From positions 9,052,001-9,116,000 of the forward strand of contig CM022676.1 in the NCBI GenBank assembly GCA_012295275.1: a DNA stretch of 64,000 nt, given 5' to 3'. Made by a program: the position numbers and the translations under genes. The number at the start of each line of letters is the position of its first letter. Positions within the stretch are counted from its first letter, which is position 1. This document shows, in pieces, positions 55,818 through 64,000 of this stretch. The notes below the pieces were generated by a model, which was not told where the DNA came from, made no database searches, and worked only from the letters and a program-made list of their open reading frames with translations. Source of the DNA: Chrysomallon squamiferum (Eukaryota > Animalia > Mollusca).

Positions 55818-56537
55818 TACAAAGATAGATGGATAGATAGATAGACAGACAGACACAAAGACAGAAACATAGAAGATAAACAGACAGATATAGATAGACA
55901 GAAAGACTGATAGATAGACAGACAGATAATTTTGTTACAGTTGTTGTTCTGCACTGTCATAATTTTCTTAATCATCATCATCATCATCATCCATCATCAT
56001 CATTCATCATCATCTTCATTTCGTCTTTTTCATCATTTATATATATCACTTCTGTGCTCTTATTGTTCGTTTACTTTTCTTTTTTTTCGTTGCAGTTTAA
56101 TCTTTTATTTATTTTATTTTTTTTATATATATATTTTTTATCTTCTCTAACATCACCAGCTCTTTTCAAACTCCAAGTCACGTGACCACCCCTCACACGG
56201 CTTGCTTGTACCGGATTTTTTAAGCTGGCACGTTTTCGACGCAAAGTGAACAGTTTGCCAGACTCTTTACTAAGGTGCATACACACACATCTGCAGTGAA
56301 GTGACGTTTTATTATGACAGGTACACCGAGGCTTTTTTCCCAGCATGCGTCCGGTCGTCGACTTCTCTGTCAGGCAGACGGGAAATATTCAGGGGCTGAT
56401 CCAAAATGTTTAGGAGAGGGGTCGCGGAAAAAAGCGGTAATAATACCTGTAAATAAAATGGGTAATCAAGAAAATGTGTTCGAGTAAGTGAGGTGTAGTC
56501 GTTTGATGGATACTGTAAAAAAAAGTGAGGCGAAAGA

Positions 56538-56581
<44 letters not shown>

Positions 56582-56688
56582 CAACAACAAACAACAGCGA
56601 GAGATTCAGAGAAAAAACTGTAACGAATAAAAGAGAGAAAAAAATATAAAAAATAAGGAGAGAAATAGACTGAAAGAAAAAGAGCGTC

Positions 56689-56788
<100 letters not shown>

Positions 56789-56850
56789 CAATACGTCAAG
56801 GGTCTTTTGTATTCTCTAGTCCATAACTCTTAATATATATATGTATACAC

Positions 56851-56971
<121 letters not shown>

Positions 56972-57406
56972 AAATAACACACAACAAAGAAAAATCTCAA
57001 TACGAACGAAGATACTCTCTACGGTGAGCGAAAAACGTTTGGTCAAGAAGAGAACAACTTTCCCGACACCCCTTCTCCCCAATACCCCCACCCCTACTTC
57101 AATCCGCTGCCGATTTAAGTCAGGACATGAATATACAAATGTAAGTTAAACACGCTCAGTCATGACTAAACGTAACTTTAGAATAATTGGTGAAAAGCGA
57201 TGATATATCCATACAAAGATGTTAGTTGTAGAGAGTATTTTACTAAATTTTGTGTTTACCTTCTGCTAGCCGGAGTTCTCTGTAGTAATAGTAGTCGTAA
57301 TCTTAGCAGCATCAGTGTTTACCAATTAACATTACTATTACCTATTCATAAATGTATTGTCCTGACAACGAATTATAAAAGTGTATATATATATATATAT
57401 ATATAT

Positions 57407-57492
<86 letters not shown>

Positions 57493-58168
57493 GTTTAAAA
57501 AAAAAACATGGAGATATTTTACTGTTATCAAACAAAAATAATCACTTTACATGTCTTCATAATTTAAACAATTTACTGTCGTTAAAAGCACAATATAACA
57601 AAACAAAAACCCCCAAAAAAACAACAACAAGAAGACAACGACAACAATAACAAAACACCCCAAAACCCGATATACGTGAAAAGTTTTCCATAATCTACTC
57701 TTCTTATCTATTCAATCTATTCAAAAATACGCTCTAATGTACTCGTTATTTTCGAATGTCTACACCAGAATGACTTGACCCATTGATACATATCATATAT
57801 CACATATCATATATCACATATCAAGTATAAGAGACGTGACACTTAAGAGAAATTAAAGATGGCGTTTATCTGTGTACTGAACGAAATTTGACCTCTGGTA
57901 TCGTCTTACTAATACAGTGAATAGAAAAATAATACAGGGCGCTTGTCACTACAAACTTATATTACTTTGAATGAATTGTTATTTTAAAGTTTGTACCGAG
58001 AAAGCAAATAACTGACTTTTATTTATTTATTTATTTATTTATTTTATTGTCATTACGTTTTTCTTTCTTTCTTTTTTCTTTCATTTTTTATTTAGTTATA
58101 ATTATATTTGTGTTATTTGTTGTTGTTGTTTTTAATGATGTTAGTATTACTACTCTTCTTCTATTTCA

Positions 58169-58214
<46 letters not shown>

Positions 58215-58790
58215 GTTGTCTTGCTGTTACTAGTGTCGTTGTCGTTGTTATTATTAATTCTGCTTCTCGTAACAATATATATCGCTACTGTTTAACAACA
58301 ACATCAACAAAAACAAAAAAAAAAAAGATAAAAATTATTTGTTCCATATCGTGACCTCTGTTGTACTAAAGGTCAAAAAGTATTTTCGAATCTCCGCTGG
58401 CGAACTCTTCCGGAATCTCCCGACATCGTTATTTTCCCAGGCGTCACTGCGCGACTTTACAACATGACACTAAGATTAATAGCTCCTTCACAGTGATTAC
58501 TGCTTTGATTTTGGACAATGTGTGTGTGTGTGTGTGTGTGTTTGTGTGTGTGTGTTTGTGAATTAATTTGACTTTATATTGATAGATATTTAGTTAAATA
58601 GATCTATAAATAGAGAGAGAGAAAGCCAGGAAGAATAGACATACATATATACACACTTACACGCACACACACAATCAAACACACTGTTATGTATGTATGT
58701 GTTCACACACGTTAGTACATACAAAATAAATACATACATATATTCATTCCTTACTTGCCTACCTACCTATCTACATATACATTCAACCCT

Positions 58791-58834
<44 letters not shown>

Positions 58835-59329
58835 TATGTAGACTCCTATTACACAAAAACGTTCTGTTAAGTTAAGCTCATCTATTCATTTATTCTAAAT
58901 GACCTTGCTGTGACCCTTGGGCATTAGATGGTCAAAGTCATTTCTCGACAAGTATCTGTGTCAAGTATCACACGTTTACCAAGAGGTAAAGAAAAAAAAG
59001 AAAAAAAAAAAAAAAAATCACTCAAGCGCAGACGGACAAGTACAAAGTGAATGAAGATCAATCCTATACAAAACAAAACAAAACAAAGAAAGAAAAGACA
59101 ATTCTATGTTTTATCTATGTCTTTATAAACCGGTTTTATGCATCTACCTCTGTTACTGAATATATTTATTGATAGTTTATGTATGTGATATATAAGAAGA
59201 AAAAAAAAAAAGACAAAGTATTTTTTAAAATCAAAGCGACAAAGGAAATAAATAAAGTAGAATAGACAAGCAAAATCCATTACAAAGTAAACAAATTACA
59301 AATAAATAACCAATAAACAAACAGACAAA

Positions 59330-59364
<35 letters not shown>

Positions 59365-59408
59365 AACTAATAATATTGCAATACATAACTGTTACAAGCA
59401 AGAAAAAA

Positions 59409-59450
<42 letters not shown>

Positions 59451-60407
59451 AATAATAATAATAATAATTATTATTATTATAATAAACAAATAAACAAATA
59501 AATAAATAAAACTCGCTAATAAATATAAACAAAATAAACTCTCCCCTACAAACTCATTTAGCCTGACCGAAAACCAATCGAGATAATTTCGAAATTTACA
59601 TCTAATTCTGTTCAGCGCTCTGTTATTACCGTCTGTTAGTCTGCGCATACTCTGTAAATACAAAAGCGCCTTCTTCCGGCGCAGACATGTCTAAAAATAG
59701 AGACGTTTCAATGCCCCGATGAACTGACGTCAGAAGAGTGCAGAAGTTAATCCAGATCGTAATGACGGATTTGGTCTTCGCTTTTTGGCGCCAGTAATTT
59801 ATTTTATTTTATTTATTTATTTTTTTATTTTTTAAATTTCAGAATTTTAATTTATTTTTATTTATTTATTTATTTATTTTTTTTTTTTTTTTTTAATTTC
59901 AGATTTTTATTTATTTTTTATTTATTTTTTTATTTTTTTTATTTTTTTTAAATTTCAGATTTTTAAAATTTTTATATTTATTTATTTATTAAATTTCAGA
60001 TTTTTTATTTATTTTTTTAGTTTATATTTGATTATTTCCCCCTCTCTTATTTTCTTCATGATATATATATATATATATATAGTGTTTCGTTTCCTATTAT
60101 TTATTTTATTATTATTTTGTATTTTACCACCAGCACTACTACTACTATTTATAATTATAATAAATGTGTATAAGTGTCTGTATGTGACAGAAACCAAATG
60201 AAAACATGGAAAAAGAAGAAGAAAGAAAGAAAGAAAGAAAGAAAAAAGGACAGAGAAAGAGAAAAAGAAAGAATTTGCAAAACAAAATTAATATTTTCAC
60301 GCCAGTAAATTTTTTTTTTTCTTTTTTTCCTGAGCTTAAATTATTAACGTCCAAAGAGAAAAACAAATAAATAAACTAATTAGTTTAGTTATGATTGGTA
60401 AATCTAT

Positions 60408-60440
<33 letters not shown>

Positions 60441-60525
60441 CCACCAAGTTGATTATTTTATTAATTATTTAGTTACGGTCTTTTAAAAAAGCTGCATTTA
60501 AAGTTTCTGGCAGAGGCCGATGATA

Positions 60526-60569
<44 letters not shown>

Positions 60570-61197
60570 AATGATGATAATGATAATGATAATAATAATG
60601 ATGATGATAATGATAATGATAATGATAGTGAAGATGATGATGATGATGATGATGATAATGATGATGATGGTAATGATGAGAATAACGATAATAATACTTA
60701 TAACGATTATTATAATGATAATAATAAAAACGTCGATGATAATGACGATGATGACAATGATGATAATGATTATAATAATGATGATAATCACGACAACAAT
60801 GATTATTAAAGTTACATAAATAGCCGCAGTTGTAGTAGTAAAAGTAGTAGCACATTGAAGTTGTTGCTGTAATAATAAGAGTTGTAGTAGAGTAGTGATA
60901 AAAGCAGTACCGTAGTAGTAGTAGCAATAGTAGTGGCAGTGGTAGCAATAGTATTAATAATTGTAATAATAGAAGTAGTAGTAGTAGTAGTAGTAGTAGA
61001 AGAAGTATGATAGTAGTAGTACTAGTAGCAGTAGTACTAATAATAGTAGTAGAAGAAGCAGTAGTAATAGTAGTAGTAATGATGGTAGCAGTAGTAATAG
61101 TAATAGTAATAGTAGTAGTAGTAGTAGTAGTAGTAGTACTGGAAAAGTAAGAGCAACCTATCTATAAAAAATAAAATCCATTATAATAATAATAATG

Positions 61198-61259
<62 letters not shown>

Positions 61260-61552
61260 TAGAACTATAATGAACAACATATGTTAATTAAAAAAGAAAG
61301 TAGATGAACAACATTTTACAATCAGTATGTTAATTCGGTCTTTAATAACCGTAAAGCTTGCTCAAGAAACACACACACTGATGTGATTTTACAATCAGTA
61401 ACCATGGCAACGAGGTATATATTTCTGAAACTTACTCTTCTTCGGTGATTTAATTAGCGTAAAGAGATTATCTCACACACAAACACACACACACAGATAC
61501 AGACATGTGTACACATACACACACATGTACGTGTATTGAGAAACACACATAG

Positions 61553-61588
<36 letters not shown>

Positions 61589-62039
61589 CACACACATATT
61601 CTCTCTCTCACACAAACACACTCACTCTCTCTCTATATATATGTAATTACATTTGTGTTTATGTATTTAGTAATCAATATTTTTTATGTACGTCTGATTA
61701 AACTCTGCACATAAACAATATTCAGGAATTCGATGGCGGAAGAGGACAAACTTTATATACGACCTCACAAACCTGTCAGATGCCGCTGACGAGACTCGAA
61801 CATATGCCACCGATTTTCAGGCAGATGATGGCCTTCAAGACAACCTATAAAACCAATGTATGTATGTATATGTATATATATATATATATGTGTGTGTATG
61901 CATGTATATATGTTAATAATATTAATAAGTACGTCCGTGAAAAAAACGGAAAAAAAAAGAAGAAAAAAAACAAGCTAAACTAGACAGCCTTAAGAGTAAA
62001 AGACATTTTTTTTTGTTCCAGAGATACATAAATATAATC

Positions 62040-62600
62040 TCTAATCCGTAACCATGACAACCAGGTGCTCGTGACATTGACATTAACCTTGGCCGGCGAT
62101 GAAAATGATGACAGGAGGTGTCAGTGGACACAATTGATTAGGAAAACAGACACGATGTCGTACGTACATCAACATCGTCAGGCTCAACAACGTCTTGCGT
62201 AACGAGCAAATTCTGCTCCGGGCCGTTCACGAGGTGTACATCAGTGTAGTTCTCACTTCGGCGTAATTCCGTCATCACCGATTGACACTTTCTACGTCTG
62301 CTGTGATTGACAGCATGAAACGTCACATCTGATTGGCAGGATGTAAAGTCCAACGAGATTCGCTGTACGTAACATCACGTGAGATTACCAACACGGGCTC
62401 GCTGTTTTAGCGCCAACGATGACGTCAGATTTACGTCAAAAAAATGCCTTTCTTTATATGACGTAAGCTTAATGACTGCAAATAATAGAAAGTACTGTCG
62501 CAGTAACTATGTATTCCCTTTATACCGCTATTGTATAATATTTAACGTAAATTAGAACAATTTAATAATTCAGGGTTTTTTCTGTGACGTCACCAGTTTA
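62040..62600. promoter_or_regulatory. CpG-rich regulatory-like island
   Basis: X-box-like GTAACCATGACAAC 62048-62061, ATTGG box, CACGTG, CREs at 62420-62427 and 62585-62592 plus several ACGTCA/TGACGT half sites. Confidence 0.35.
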
Positions 62601-63040
62601 TACCATCTGTCCCAGAATCCAATACGTCGATGGGTCTTTTCGATTCTCTAGTCTTTAATTCTTAATATATATACCCACGTGTGTGTGTGTGTGTGCGTGC
62701 GTGTGTGTGTGTGTGTGTGTGTGTTGTGTGTGTGTGTGTGTTCTACATAACTTAACATTCTTTCTCCCACATAAAATAAAACTGGAATGAAAACTAATCA
62801 GTTATTTTGCCTAATATCAATTATTTATGTTTGGCATTTTCTTTATGGAAAACAAAATGGCAGTTTTACGCATAGTTTATTGGAAAAACGAAAGGAATGC
62901 TGTCATGAACAAATTGAGCAAATATTGAAAATACTATGAAAAAAACAGTGGCAGATATTGGAAAATGTTCTACAACCTCGATAATTCTTGAAAAAAGCTT
63001 TCTAAAAAATATAGTTTTGTAATTGGACTAACGCATATAC

Positions 63041-63115
<75 letters not shown>

Positions 63116-63188
63116 CATACATATATAATATATATATATACATATACATATACATACATATGTGTGAAATTGGATTTTTGAACGGATT

Positions 63189-63252
<64 letters not shown>

Positions 63253-63672
63253 CGCTCGCTCTCTCTGTGTGTGTGTGTCTACGTGTGTGTGTGTGTGTGT
63301 GTGTCTGAAATCTCATCCTCATGCAAATTTCCTTTGTTCTTATTCCATGTTTATTACGAAGACAGTCACTCCTGTGTAAAAACATGCTTTTCCTGTTACA
63401 AGACCATAGTAACCCGTTCTAATGACGTGGCGAAACTTTGACCTTGTCAAAGAACGTTTGTCTTTGGGATCAATGTAACCCATATTTCTATTTTTAGCAT
63501 TTTATGACGCGTTATCGGCAGGCTTGACACAGTGTTATGTAAGTAAATAAGTAACAGCTTCACAAGACGTACAACATTGTCAAAATAGGTTACAACATTG
63601 TTACAATAGTTACAACAGGCAAGATTTACTATAAAGCTCAAAAAAAAAATAATAATAATAATAATAAAAATG

Positions 63673-63723
<51 letters not shown>

Positions 63724-63966
63724 TACTGCTTAGTGATTCTAATCAAGAAAGACTGATTTTTAGTTATTATATAACTTTTTTTATTTTATTTATTATTTAT
63801 ATTATTATTATTATTACTACTACTACTACTACTACTGCTATTATTATAAGTATTATTATTGTTCAGATGTCTATTATTATTATTATTATTTTTAATATTA
63901 TTATTATTATTATTATTATTTGTTAAGACTAGTTAAAGAGGGCCTCTAAATTTGGGAACTCGAGAT

Positions 63967-64000
<34 letters not shown>

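Overview
AT-rich, microsatellite-dense animal genomic DNA, probably a lophotrochozoan such as a mollusc (inferred, not proven). The left ~28 kb holds a complete minus-strand Na+/K+-ATPase alpha-subunit gene (P2C ATPase). I rebuilt it by hand as 19 phase-compatible GT-AG coding exons, 3105 nt including the stop, 1034 aa, ending in ETYY. The main discovery is that the exon for transmembrane helix M2 exists as three intact, diverged 114-nt tandem copies (17481-17594, 17276-17389, 16957-17070), i.e. a mutually exclusive exon cassette. Its short CpG-rich spacer introns carry what look like built-in exclusion devices: a CTAAC branch-like motif right after a donor, an 11-bp stem clamping the second intron, and an 8-bp pairing across the middle exon. 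There are also two candidate alternative first coding exons and an in-frame competing donor that would delete the ouabain-binding M1-M2 loop. The right ~36 kb has no recognisable coding sequence. It holds microsatellites, minisatellites, a degenerate tRNA-type SINE, a ~0.7 kb inverted duplication, and CpG-containing islands rich in CRE and RFX X-box motifs.
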